In this document: positions 50,502 through 62,530 of the stretch, one piece after another
How positions within the stretch are numbered: position 1 is the stretch's first letter
Layout of the letters: each line of letters opens with the position of its first letter
Source: the human T2T-CHM13v2.0 reference genome, Homo sapiens
Length of the DNA: 64,000 nucleotides
Assembly (NCBI RefSeq): GCF_009914755.1
Contig: NC_060928.1
Reading direction: 5' to 3' (one strand)
Position numbers and translations under genes: made by a program
The notes under the pieces: generated by a model
The model's input: only the letters and a program-made list of their open reading frames with translations
The model's database searches: none
What the model was told of the DNA's origin: nothing

Positions 50502-53500
50502 CATGGCTAGCATCACCCTCCTTCCTGGCAGTGACACTGTTGATGTGAACCCCAGTTTCACATCTGTCATTTGTAAATAGGACCATTTCCCCTTTTCGCT
50601 CTCCCTTCCATTCACAGGGCTTTTCATTCTCTCTGTTTCTGCCTCCGTTTCAGATATTTACTCACCTTTTTCTCTCTCACTATGTCTGCCGTGGTCTCCA
50701 TGAGAGTGCGCCACATAAGATTCCCCCATTAAAAGTCATGAATTGAGTGGCTTTTAGTATACCTGTGGTTGTGCACATTCAATTTTAATTCGCAATCCAT
50801 TGTAGAACGTCTTATCACCCCCGACCAGAGAAAAACCTGTAGACATTAGTCACTCCTCATTCTGTCTCAAACCCTCTCCCTGACCCTCAGCCCTAGGTAG
50901 CAACTACCTAGTGCGACCAACCCCATATGTATAGATTTCCACATTGTGGACATTTCCTATAAACAGAATTGCACAATAGGTGAGCTGTTATGACTGACAT
51001 AACACGTAGCACAATATTTTCAAGATTCATCCACATTGTAGGCTTACACACAGGGGGAAACCATATTTTGGGGGGGGTTTGGTAACACCGGGTGTTTTAT
51101 CCTTCCTTTCGTCCTTCTTTCCTTCCTTCCTTCCTTCCTTCCTTCCTTCCTTCCTTCCTTCCTACCTTCCTTCTTTCCTTCCTTCCTTCCTTCCTCCTAT
51201 TTCTCTCTTACTCCTTCTGCCCTCTCTCTTTCATATGCCTTAGGTGCATCACACATTCTGCGTTTTTTTGGGGAAATCCTCGACAGGTGCAGGAAAATTG
51301 TGTTATTGTAACTATTTACCGCTATCTCTCTTTCACGGCTCTCCATCAGTTGTGAACATCTATTGGTTTATCCCAAGTCACTAAGCATATTTTTATTAGG
51401 TACACCTGTTTTTCCTTATACAGCTGTTTCTGGAGTATAGGGTCGCATACTCATAAACCCAGTGTAACTCAGAACCGCATCTCATATTCCAATAAACCCA
51501 TCATAACGTTGAAAAATCATGAATCAAACCATCATAAGTCACGGTTTGTCCGTGGATATGGGTGTCATCAATTCCATTGTATACAGTAATGCTGTACACC
51601 ATTAACAATGGCATACTGATTGGGAGTGGATATTGATAGCATTATAAAATTCAGTTATTAGAGGGATACTTCTTTAACCTCACTGAAGAACTGATCTAAT
51701 GGCTTTAGTGCAGTGCATGATTATGTGAGATGTTTTGAGACAGATTAGTACATTTGTGAATGACATTTTATGGCTTTTTTTCACTTAGTAGGAACCATTG
51801 TGTGTGGAAAAGTGAGAAAATTGCTTTCTGCTGTAGAGTCTGGCATTCATTGTAGATTTAAGCTTATTTTTCTGTGAGCAAATCTTATTCAATAAAATGC
51901 TACTCTTTATACTAAAAAACAAAAACAGTGGTGACGTGTGGTCATTATCCTCAGCAAACTAATCCAGGGAAAGAAAACCAAACGCCACATTCTCACTTAT
52001 AATGGGAGCTGAAGAATGAGATCACATGGACACAGGAAGAAGAACAACACACACTGGGGCCTTTCGGGAGGCGGAGCCTTAAGGAAAACAGCTACTGCAT
52101 GCTTGGCTTAATACCTAGGTGATGGGTTGACAGGTGCAGCAAACCACCATGGCACACGTTTACCTTAGTAACAAATCTGTCCATCCTGCACATATACCCC
52201 AGAACTTAGAAACGAAACGAAACAAAAGAAAACGAAAAAGCAATAGCAAAACGCTAAAGGCAAAATAAAGTTTCAAACTCAGAAAGTGACAGACCAATGT
52301 TTGGTTCAAATCATGGTTCTCAACCCAGGTGCCATAAGGTCAGGATAAACAATTTGATTACATATTGTAAATAAGACATGCAGCAAATGACCAGAAAGAT
52401 TATTCTCAACATATGTGTGTCTTCTAATTCAATGGTGACGCTATCTACCGGGACATAGCATTAGATTCCAAAGGGCCGAGTCCCGCCAGGCAGGCCTCCA
52501 ACACTAATAACAACGGGAAGCCCTACGTTGTTTTACCTGCGCTTCTCAGCAACTGGCTATAAATCAGGTTGCCACCACTCTCAGATTCAGTTGCATTCAT
52601 TTGCTGGAAGAGCTCACAGCACTCAGGGAAGCACTTACATTTGCCGTTGTATTTTAGCGGACATTGCAAAAAGTTCAGAAATAAATGTGGGGCCCGGCAT
52701 GTGGGGAGGGGCGCACTACCTTCCAGGAAGTGTTATCCAGAACCTCTCTGAACCCAGTCCTTTTGGGTTTTTATGGAGACCTCATTCTATAGGCATGATG
52801 GGTTAAACCATAGGCTATTGGTGATCAACTCCACCTGAGGCTCTCAACCCTCCCTGGAAATTGGGGTTGAGGCTTTGCCATTCTCAGTCTGAATAAAAGA
52901 ATTTACCCAAACGGAATTTTAAAACAGATGAGCACAACTGGAATCTTAATTAGATGATTGGATTATCTGGAGCCACACCTTGATATTCCGAACCCGAGCA
53001 CCCTCATCCAACGAATGCTCCACCCAACTGGCTCCCAAGTCTCCACGTGGTTCCAGAGCAAAAGAATGTTTATACAACGCATATCTCCACCTTTTGTTCA
53101 AAGTCTTTTCGCTTACACGGAAAGACTTCTTAAACTGCCATGCATCAGGGTCAGGGGGAGGTCTTGTTACAACACAGATCTGTGGATCTCCGGGGTTTGA
53201 TTGTGGCAAGGATGCTGCTGGCGTCAAAACCACAACGTGGGAACCACAGAACCACTAGTTGGTTTTCAGTGTTTCAGTGCATACAATTCCTAACATATCT
53301 GGCCCAGAAAACTTGGAAGTTCTTAAATTGTTCCAAAGGTGGCGCATGAAATCAATGTAGGAGAACAGTTTCCTAAGAGGTGTAGCCTGGGAAAGTTGGG
53401 GGTGACTGACGGAAAGGAGGAGTGAAGCTCCGCCCTTTCCGCTGCTAGGTTGCGCCCGAGGCTATTTAAACCCACCCTGGCTGGCCTGTACTCAGATCTT

Positions 53501-53821
53501 CGTGGAGCGGATCAGCGGCCGGAGCCTTTGGCGGACTCTGCGTGGACTTGGAGCTCACGGCGTCTTGCGACTTGGAGGCGGATTCAGAGGACAGGACAGA
53601 ACACTTGGGCAAGTGAATCTCTGTCTGTCTGTCTGTCTGTGTGTCTGTCTCATTGGTTGGTTGATTTCCATTTTCTTAAGGGGCACATACCTCACACCGC
53701 ACACACACAGACACACACACACGCACACACACGCACACACTCACACACACGCACACACACTCCTTCCTTCTGCGAGTTAGAAAATTAGTAGGGGCCCCTG
53801 GGAGCTGCAGGTTTCCTAATC

Positions 53822-56512
53822 ATGTCTGCACCTAAGAACAGTAGGGTCTTGTCTGGCTCTTCTTATGAACGGTCCCCCAGCCCGGACTCCCCAAGGTCCA
53901 TGCGAGCCTCACCCAGCTTCTCCTTCTCCCCTCTCAGAAACTCAGGCTTAAGGGGAAGCTCCTCACCAGGGATCCGGAGCTACCATTCACCATCCCCTAG
54001 GGCTTCACCACACTCACCTCTGTCATCACCAGAATCCCACAAGCTCCCATTTCCCTGTCCTCACCGTGATGGGCAATCAATGAAGCCATCGGGCTCTCCT
54101 CTGTCCTCCTCTGAGGATTCCTCAGAGTCCCCAGGTTCATCAATAATATACCACATGTTCTTACTGCCATCACCCAGCAGCTCACCCCCAGCTCTCGGGG
54201 GGTGTCCTGTGTCTCCCAGCTACTCTCCAAACAACCCCAGATTTCAGCTGGAGTCAGCTGCCCACACCCAGGAATCACCTACAAACTCACGAGCCTCACG
54301 GTGCTCCACCCCTGTGTCTTTCATCTCTTCACCCCCAGGCCTCAGGGACTCTCCTGTGGCTCCCAGTTACTCTCCAGCCATCCCCAGGTTCCTGCAGGAG
54401 TCAGCCCCATGCACCCAGGAGTCCCCCAGAGACTCACAGGTCTCGGGAGAATATGAGCGGTCCCCCAGCCCTGATTCCTCAAGATTCATGCCTGCCTCAC
54501 CCAGCTTCTCCCTCTCCCCTCTCAGAAACTCAGACCCAAGGGGCAACTCCTCACCAGGGATGTGGAAGTACTCTACATCATCCCACAGGGCTTCACCACT
54601 CTCACATCCATCATCAACAGAATTCCACAGCTTTACGTTTCCCTTTCCTAACCAAGCAGGACAGTCACTCATGTCATTGTGTTCTCCCGTGTCCTCCTCT
54701 GGAGATTCTTCACAGTCACCTCATTCATCAATAATATACCATATGTTCTTACTGCCATCATCCAGCAGCTCACCCCCAGCCACCCATGACTCTCCTGTCT
54801 GTCCCAGCTACTCTCCAACCACGCCCACATTTCAGCGGGAGTCTGTACCCCACACCCCAGAAACACCTACAAACTCACAGACCTCAGTGAGATCCTGGCC
54901 AGTCTCTCTCACGTCTTCACCCCCAGCCCTTACGGACCCTCCAGTCTGTCCCAGCTACTCTCCAACCACGCCCACATTTCAGCGCGGGTCAGTTCCAGGA
55001 ACCCAGGGATCACCGCCAAGCCCACCACTTTCACTGAGTTACTCCCCAGTCTCTAGCACGTCTTTATCTCCAACCCTCAGGGACTCGCCTGTCTGTCCCA
55101 GCTACTCTCCAAACACGCCCACACTTCAGTGGGAGTCCGTTGCAGGCACCCAGAAATCACCACCAAACTCACCAATTTCACTGCGTTACTCCCCAGTCTC
55201 TCTCATGTCTTCACCATCCCTCAGGGACTCTCCCATCTGTCCCAGCTACTCTCCAACCACGCCCACATTGCAGCTGGAGTCAGTTCCAGGCACCCCGGAA
55301 TCACCACCAAACTCACCAATTTCACTCAGTTACACCTCAGTCTCTAGCACGTCTTTATCTTCAACCCTCAGGGACTCTCCTGTGTGTCCCAGCTACTCTC
55401 CAACCATGCCCAGATTTCGGCGGGCGTCAGTCCCAGGCACCCATGTATCACCTACAAACTCAACAGTTTCACTGAGTTACTCCCCAGTCTCTCTCATGTC
55501 TTCACCCCCAGCCCCCTGGGACTCTCCTGTCTGTCCCAGCTACTCCCCCACCACGCCCAGATTTCAGCGGGAGTCAGCCTCCCACACTCCAGAATCACCT
55601 ACGGACTCACAGACTTCACTGAAGTCCTCCCTGGTCTCTCTCAGGTCTTTGCCCTCAGCCCACAGGGACTCTCGTGTCTCTTTCAGCTACTCTCAAAACT
55701 TCTCTAGATTCCAGCTGGAGTCAGTTCCAGGCACCCACGATACACCACCGAACTCACGAATTTCACTGACTTACACCCCAGTCTCCCTCATGTTCTCACC
55801 CCCAGCCCTCAGGGACTCTTCTGTCTCTCTCAGCTACTCTCCAAACATCTCCAGATTTCACCTGGAGTCAGCTTCCCGCACCCAGGAATCACCTACAAAC
55901 TCACGGACCTTACTGCAACCCTCCACCATTTCTTTCACCTCTTCACCCCCTGCCTTCAGGGACTCTCCTGGGTCTCCCAGCTTCTCTCCAGCCTTCCCCA
56001 GATTTCTGCCACAGTCAGCCGCAGGCACCCAGGATAACCCTAGAAACTCACAGGCCACACGAGACTATCTCCCTATGACCTGTACCTATACAGGGATGGC
56101 TCCCACGCATCCCTCAGTGACCCCAAACCCATCTCCACTTACACTCAGACACTCCGAGGGCCTGACAGCTACTCCCCGTTATTGTCCTTCAGTACGAAGC
56201 CCTGGCCAGTCTAGTAGCCCACATGACGCAGTTACCTGGCCATTACTCCACGGTTCCCGTGAGGGCCCCACACCCAGCCGCACAAGACCCGCTCCTGCAT
56301 TCCGTCCTCACACGCAGGCCTGTCCACCTACTTGCTACTGTCACACTCTTGCCAGCAGAAGAGGCCCCTGTCATTTCCGATATCACCACCCAGTCTATCC
56401 TCACCCCACAGCTGTGCAGCGGGACCCTCCTGCTGGCCCACGTGGCTGCCAGAGCCCATGCTGGCAAGACGCTCCAGCAAGTCGGCGTCCCTGCGGGACA
56501 CACTACCGGTGA
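53822..56512 (+). CDS. Putative CTD-like repeat protein, copy 8 (896 aa; mosaic of copy 5-type and copy 2-type sequence)
   Basis: Intact ORF with intact promoter motifs. Confidence 0.55.
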   Translation: MSAPKNSRVLSGSSYERSPSPDSPRSMRASPSFSFSPLRNSGLRGSSSPGIRSYHSPSPRASPHSPLSSPESHKLPFPCPHRDGQSMKPSGSPLSSSEDSSESPGSSIIYHMFLLPSPSSSPPALGGCPVSPSYSPNNPRFQLESAAHTQESPTNSRASRCSTPVSFISSPPGLRDSPVAPSYSPAIPRFLQESAPCTQESPRDSQVSGEYERSPSPDSSRFMPASPSFSLSPLRNSDPRGNSSPGMWKYSTSSHRASPLSHPSSTEFHSFTFPFPNQAGQSLMSLCSPVSSSGDSSQSPHSSIIYHMFLLPSSSSSPPATHDSPVCPSYSPTTPTFQRESVPHTPETPTNSQTSVRSWPVSLTSSPPALTDPPVCPSYSPTTPTFQRGSVPGTQGSPPSPPLSLSYSPVSSTSLSPTLRDSPVCPSYSPNTPTLQWESVAGTQKSPPNSPISLRYSPVSLMSSPSLRDSPICPSYSPTTPTLQLESVPGTPESPPNSPISLSYTSVSSTSLSSTLRDSPVCPSYSPTMPRFRRASVPGTHVSPTNSTVSLSYSPVSLMSSPPAPWDSPVCPSYSPTTPRFQRESASHTPESPTDSQTSLKSSLVSLRSLPSAHRDSRVSFSYSQNFSRFQLESVPGTHDTPPNSRISLTYTPVSLMFSPPALRDSSVSLSYSPNISRFHLESASRTQESPTNSRTLLQPSTISFTSSPPAFRDSPGSPSFSPAFPRFLPQSAAGTQDNPRNSQATRDYLPMTCTYTGMAPTHPSVTPNPSPLTLRHSEGLTATPRYCPSVRSPGQSSSPHDAVTWPLLHGSREGPTPSRTRPAPAFRPHTQACPPTCYCHTLASRRGPCHFRYHHPVYPHPTAVQRDPPAGPRGCQSPCWQDAPASRRPCGTHYR
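53860..56065 (+). repeat. ACRO1-type array (unit 8)
   Basis: 147/144-bp periodicity. Confidence 0.8.
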
Positions 56513-59500
56513 CATGGCTAGCATCACCCTCCTTCCTGGCAGTGACACTGTTGATGTGAACCCCAGTTTCACATCTGTCATTTGTAAATGGACCATTTTC
56601 CCTTTTCGCTCTCCCTTCCATTCACAGGGCTTTTCATTCTCTCTGTTTCTGCCTCCGTTTCAGATATTTACTCACCTTTTTCTCTCTCACTATGTCTGCC
56701 GTGGTCTCCATGAGAGTGCGCCACATAAGATTCCCCCATTAAAAGTCATGAATTGAGTGGCTTTTAGTATACCAGTGGTTGTGCACATTCAATTTTAATT
56801 AGCAATCCGTTGTAGAACGTCTTATCACCCCCGACCAGAGAAAAACCCTGTAGGCATTAGTCACTCCTCATTCTGTCTCAAACCCTCTCCCTGACCCTCA
56901 GCCCTAGGTAGCAACTACCTAGTGCGATCAACCCCATATGCATAGATTTCCATATTGTGGACATGTCCTATAAACAGAATTGCACAATAGGTGAGCTGTT
57001 ATGACTGACATAACACGTAGCACAATATTTTCAAGATTCATCCACATTGTAGGCTTACCCACAGGGGAAAACCATATTTTTGGGGGGTTTTAGTAACACC
57101 GGGTGTTTTATCCTTCCTTTCGTCCTTCTTTCCTTCCTTCCTTCCTTCCTTCCTTCCTTCCTTCCTTCCTACCTTCCTTCTTTCCTTCCTTCCTTCCTTC
57201 CTCCTATTACTCTCTTACTCCTTCTGCCCTCTCTCTTTCATATGCCTTAGGTGCATCACACATTCTGCGTTTTTTTGGGGAAATCCTCGACAGGTGCAGG
57301 AAAATTGTGTTATTGTAACTATTTACCGCTATCTCTCTTTCACGGCTCTCCATCAGTTGTGAACATCTATTGGTTTATCCCAAGTCACTAAGCATATTTT
57401 TATTAGGTACACCTGTTTTTCCTTATACAGCTGTTTCTGGAGTATAGGGTCGCATACTCATAAACCCAGTGTAACTCAGAACCGCATCTCATATTCCAAT
57501 AAACCCATCATAACGTTGAAAAATCATGAATCAAACCATCATAAGTCACGGTTTGTCCGTGGATATGGGTGTCATCAATTCCATTGTATACAGTAATGCT
57601 GTACACCATTAACAATGGCATACTGATTGGGAGTGGATATTGATAGCATTATAAAAGTCAGTTATTAGAGGGATACTTCTTTAACCTCACTGAAGAACTG
57701 ATCTAATGGCTTTAGTGCAGTGCATGATTATGTGAGATGTTTTGAGACAGATTAGTACATTTGTGAATGAAATTTTATGGCTTTTTTTCACTTAGTAGGA
57801 ACCATTGTGTGTGGAAAAGTGAGAAAATTGCTTTCTGCTGTAGAGTCTGGCATTCATTGTAGATTTAAGCCTATTTTTCTGTGAGCAAATCTTATTCAAT
57901 AAAATGCTACTCTATACTAAAAAACAAAAACAGAGGTGACGTGTGGTCATTATCCTCAGCAAACTAATCCAGGGAAAGAAAACCAAACGCCACATTCTCA
58001 CTTATAATGGGAGCTGAAGAATGAGATCACATGGACACAGGAAGGGGAACAACACACACTGGGGCCTTTCGGGAGGCGGAGCCTTAAGGAAAACAGCTAC
58101 TGCATGCTTGGCTTAATACCTAGGTGATGGGTTGACAGGTGCAGCAAACCACCATGGCACACGTTTACCTTAGTAACAAATCTGCCCATCCTGCACATAC
58201 ACCCCAGAACTTAGAAACGAAACGAAACAAAAGAAAACGAAAAAGCAATAGCAAAACGCTAAAGGCAAAATAAAGTTTCAAACTCAGAAAGTGACAGACC
58301 AATGTTTGGTTCAAATCATGGTTCTCAACCCAGGTGCCATAAGGTCAGGATAAAGAATTTGATTACATATTGTAAATAAGACATGCAGCAAATGACCAGA
58401 AAGATTATTCTCAACATATGTGTGTCTTCTAATTCAATGGTGACGCTATCTACCGGGACATAGCATTAGATTCCAAAGGGCCGAGTCCCGCCAGGCAGGC
58501 CTCCCACACTAATAACAACGGGAAGCCCTACGTTGTTTTACCTGTGCTTCTCAGCAACTGGCTATAAATCAGGTTGCCACCACTCCCAGATTTAGTTGCA
58601 TTCATTTGCTGGAAGAGCTCACGGCACTCAGGGAAACACTTACATTTGCCGTTGTATTTTAGCGGACATTGCAAAAAGTTCAGAAATAAATGTGGGGCCC
58701 GGCATGTGGGGAGGGGCGCACTACCTTCCAGGAAGTGTTATCCAGAACCTCTCTGAACCCAGTCCTTTTGGGTTTTTATGGAGACCTCATTCTATAGGCA
58801 TGATGGGTTAAACCATAGGCTATTGGTGATCAACTCCACCTGAGGCTCTCAACCCTCCCTGGAAATTGGGGTTGAGGCTTTGCCATTCTCAGTCTGAATA
58901 AAAGAATTTACCCAAACGGAATTTTAAAACAGATGAGCACAACTGGAATCTTAATTAGATGATTGGATTATCTGGAGCCACACCTTGATATTCCGAACCC
59001 AAGCACCCTCATCCAACGAATGCTCCACCCAACTGGCTCCCAAGTCTCCACGTGGTTCCAGAGCAAAAGAATGTTTATACAACGCATATCTCCACCTTTT
59101 CTTCAAAGTCTTTTCGCTTACACGGAAAGACTTCTTAAACTGCCATGCATCAGGGTCAGGGGGAGGTCTTGTTACAACACAGATCTGTGGATCTCCGGGG
59201 TTTGATTGTGGCAAGGATGCTGCTGGTGTCAAAAACACAACGTGGAGAACCACAGAACCACTAGTTGGTTTACAGTGTTTCAGTGCATACAATTCCTAAT
59301 ATATCTGGCCAAGAAAACTTGGAAGTTCTTAGATTGTCCCAAAGGTGGCGCATGAAATCAAAGCAGGAGAACAGTTTCCTACGCCTGGGAAAGTTGGGGG
59401 TGACTGACGGAAAGGAGGAGTGAAGCTCCACCCTTTCTGCTGCTAGGCTGCGCAGGAGGCTATTTAAACCCACCCTGGCTGGCCTGTACTCAGATCTTCG

Positions 59501-59617
59501 CGGAGGGGATCGGCGGCCGGAGCCTTTGGCGGACTCTGCGTCGACTTGGAGCTCACGGCGTCTTGCGACTTGGAAGCGGATTCCGAGGACAGGACAGAAC
59601 ACTTGGGCAAGTGAATC

Positions 59618-59658
<41 letters not shown>

Positions 59659-59839
59659 GTGTCTGTCCCATTGGTTGGTTGATTTCCATTTTCTTAAGGG
59701 GCACATACCTCACACCGCACACACACAGACACACACACACGCACACACACGCACATGCTCACACACACGCACACACACTCCTTCCTTCTGCGAGTTAGAA
59801 AATTAGTAGGGGCCCCTGGGAGCTGCAGGTTTCCTAATC

Positions 59840-62530
59840 ATGTCTGCTCCTAAGAACAGTAGGGTCTTGTCTGGCTCTTCTTATGAACGGTCCCACAGCC
59901 CGGACTCCCCAAGGTCCATGCGAGCCTCACCCAGCTTCTCCCTCTCCCATCTCAGAAACTCAGGCTTAAGGGGAAGCTCCTCACCAGGGATCCGGAGCTA
60001 CCATTCACCATCCCCTAGGGCTTCACCACACTCACCTCTGTCATCACCAGAATCCCACAAGCTCCCATTTCCCTGTCCTGACCGTGATGGGCAATCAATG
60101 AAGTCATCGGGCTCTCCTCTGTCCTCCTCTGAGGATTCCTCAGAGTCCCCAGGTTCATCAATAATATACCACATGTTCTTACTGCCATCACCCAGCAGCT
60201 CACCCCCAGCTCTCGGGGGGTCTCCTGTGTCTCCCAGCTACTCTCCAAACAACCCCAGATTTCAGCTGGAGTCAGCCCCCCACACCCAGGAATCACCTAC
60301 AAACTCACGAGCCTCACGGTGCTCCACCCCTGTGTCTTTCATCTCTTCACCCCCAGGCCTCAGGGACTCTCCCGTGGCTCCCAGTTACTATCCAGCCATC
60401 CCCAGGTTCCTGCGGGATTCAGTCGCATGCACCCAGGAGTCCCCCAGAGACTCACAGGTCTCGGGAGAATATGAGCGGTCCCCCAGCCCTGACTCCTCAA
60501 GATTCATGCCTGCCTCACCCAGCTTCTCCCTCTCCCCTCCCAGAAACTCAGACCCAAGGGGCAGCTCCTCACCAGGGATGTGGAAGTACTCTACATCATC
60601 CCGCAGGGCTTCACCACTCTCACATCCATCATCAACAGAATTCCACAGCTTTACGTTTCCATTTCCTAACCAAGCAGGACAGTCACTCATGTCATTGTGT
60701 TCTCCCGTGTCCTCCTCTGGAGATTCTTCACAGTCACCTCATTCATCAATAATATACCATATGTTCTTACTGCCATCATCCAGCAGCTCACCCCCAGCCA
60801 CCCATGACTCTCCTGTCTGTCCCAGCTACTCTCCAACCACGCCCACATTTCAGCGGGAGTCTGTACCCCACACCCCAGAAACACCTACAAACTCACAGAC
60901 CTCAGTGAGATCCTGGCCAGTCTCTCTCACGTCTTCACCCCCAGCCCTTACGGACCCTCCAGTCTGTCCCAGCTACTCTCCAACCACGCCCACATTTCAG
61001 CGCGGGTCAGTTCCAGGAACCCAGGGATCACCGCCAAGCCCACCACTTTCACTGAGTTACTCCCCAGTCTCTAGCACGTCTTTATCTCCAACCCTCAGGG
61101 ACTCGCCTGTCTGTCCCAGCTACTCTCCAAACACGCCCACACTTCAGTGGGAGTCCGTTGCAGGCACCCAGAAATCACCACCAAACTCACCAATTTCACT
61201 GCGTTACTCCCCAGTCTCTCTCATGTCTTCACCATCCCTCAGGGACTCTCCCATCTGTCCCAGCTACTCTCCAACCACGCCCACATTGCAGCTGGAGTCA
61301 GTTCCAGACACCCCGGAGTCACCACCAAACTCACCAGTTTCACTCAGTTACTCCCCGGTCTCTCTCATGTCTTCACCCCCAGCCCTCAGGGACTCTCCTG
61401 TGTGTCCCAGCTACTCTCCAACCATGCCCAGATTTCAGCGGGAGTCAGTTCCAGGCACCCAGGTATCACCTACAAACTCAGCAGTTTCACTGAGTTACTC
61501 TCCAGTCTCTCTCATGTCTTCACCCCCAGCCCCCTGGGACTCTCCTGTCTGTCCCAGCTACTCTCCCACCACGCCCAGATTTCAGCGGGAGTCAGCCTCC
61601 CACACTCCAGAATCACCTACGGACTCACAGACTTCACTGAGGTCCTCCCTGGTCTCTCTCAGGTCTTTGCCCTCAGCCCACAGGGACTCTCGTGTCTCTT
61701 TCAGCTACTCTCAAAACTTCTCTAGATTCCAGCTGGAGTCAGTTCCAGGCACCCACGATACACCACCGAACTCACGAATTTCACTGACTTACTCCCCAGT
61801 CTCCCTCATGTTCTCACCCCCAGCCCTCAGGGACTCTTCTGTCTCTCTCAGCTACTCTCCAACCATCTCCAGATATCACCTGGAGTCAGCTTCCTGCACC
61901 CAGGAATCACCTACAAACTCACGGACCTTACTGCAACCCTCCACCATTTCTTTCACCTCTTCACCCCCTGCCTTCAGGGACTCTCCTGGGTCTCCCAGCT
62001 TCTCTCCAGCCTTCCCCAGATTTCTGCCACAGTCAGCCCCAGGCACCCAGGACAACCCTAGACACTCACAGGCCTCACGAGAGTATCTCCCTATGACCTG
62101 TACCTATACAGGGATGGCTCCCACGCATCCCTCAGTGACACAAAACCCATCTCCACTTACACTCAGACACTCCCAGGGCCTGACAGCTACTCCCCGTTAT
62201 TGTCCTTCAGTTCGAAGTCCTGGCCAATCTACTAGCCCACATGACGCAGTTACCTGGCCATTACTCCACGGTTCCCGTGAGGGCCCCACACCCAGCCTCA
62301 CAAGAGCCCCTCCTGCATTCCGTCCTCACACGCAGGCCTGTCCATCTACTTGCTACTGGCACACTCTTGCCAGCAGAAGAGGCCCCTGTCATGGCCGATA
62401 TCACCACCCAGTCTATCCTCACCCCACAGCTGTGCAGCGGGACCCTCCTGCTGGCCCACGTGGCTGCCAGAGCCCATGCTGGCAAGACGCTCCAGCAGGT
62501 CGGCGTCCCTGTGGGACACACTGCCCGTGA
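59840..62530 (+). CDS. Putative CTD-like repeat protein, copy 9 (896 aa; mirror of copy 1)
   Basis: Intact ORF; differs from copy 1 by one residue that I could see (SPVC versus SPVG). Confidence 0.55.
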   Translation: MSAPKNSRVLSGSSYERSHSPDSPRSMRASPSFSLSHLRNSGLRGSSSPGIRSYHSPSPRASPHSPLSSPESHKLPFPCPDRDGQSMKSSGSPLSSSEDSSESPGSSIIYHMFLLPSPSSSPPALGGSPVSPSYSPNNPRFQLESAPHTQESPTNSRASRCSTPVSFISSPPGLRDSPVAPSYYPAIPRFLRDSVACTQESPRDSQVSGEYERSPSPDSSRFMPASPSFSLSPPRNSDPRGSSSPGMWKYSTSSRRASPLSHPSSTEFHSFTFPFPNQAGQSLMSLCSPVSSSGDSSQSPHSSIIYHMFLLPSSSSSPPATHDSPVCPSYSPTTPTFQRESVPHTPETPTNSQTSVRSWPVSLTSSPPALTDPPVCPSYSPTTPTFQRGSVPGTQGSPPSPPLSLSYSPVSSTSLSPTLRDSPVCPSYSPNTPTLQWESVAGTQKSPPNSPISLRYSPVSLMSSPSLRDSPICPSYSPTTPTLQLESVPDTPESPPNSPVSLSYSPVSLMSSPPALRDSPVCPSYSPTMPRFQRESVPGTQVSPTNSAVSLSYSPVSLMSSPPAPWDSPVCPSYSPTTPRFQRESASHTPESPTDSQTSLRSSLVSLRSLPSAHRDSRVSFSYSQNFSRFQLESVPGTHDTPPNSRISLTYSPVSLMFSPPALRDSSVSLSYSPTISRYHLESASCTQESPTNSRTLLQPSTISFTSSPPAFRDSPGSPSFSPAFPRFLPQSAPGTQDNPRHSQASREYLPMTCTYTGMAPTHPSVTQNPSPLTLRHSQGLTATPRYCPSVRSPGQSTSPHDAVTWPLLHGSREGPTPSLTRAPPAFRPHTQACPSTCYWHTLASRRGPCHGRYHHPVYPHPTAVQRDPPAGPRGCQSPCWQDAPAGRRPCGTHCP
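59875..62085 (+). repeat. ACRO1-type array (unit 9)
   Basis: 147/144-bp periodicity. Confidence 0.8.
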
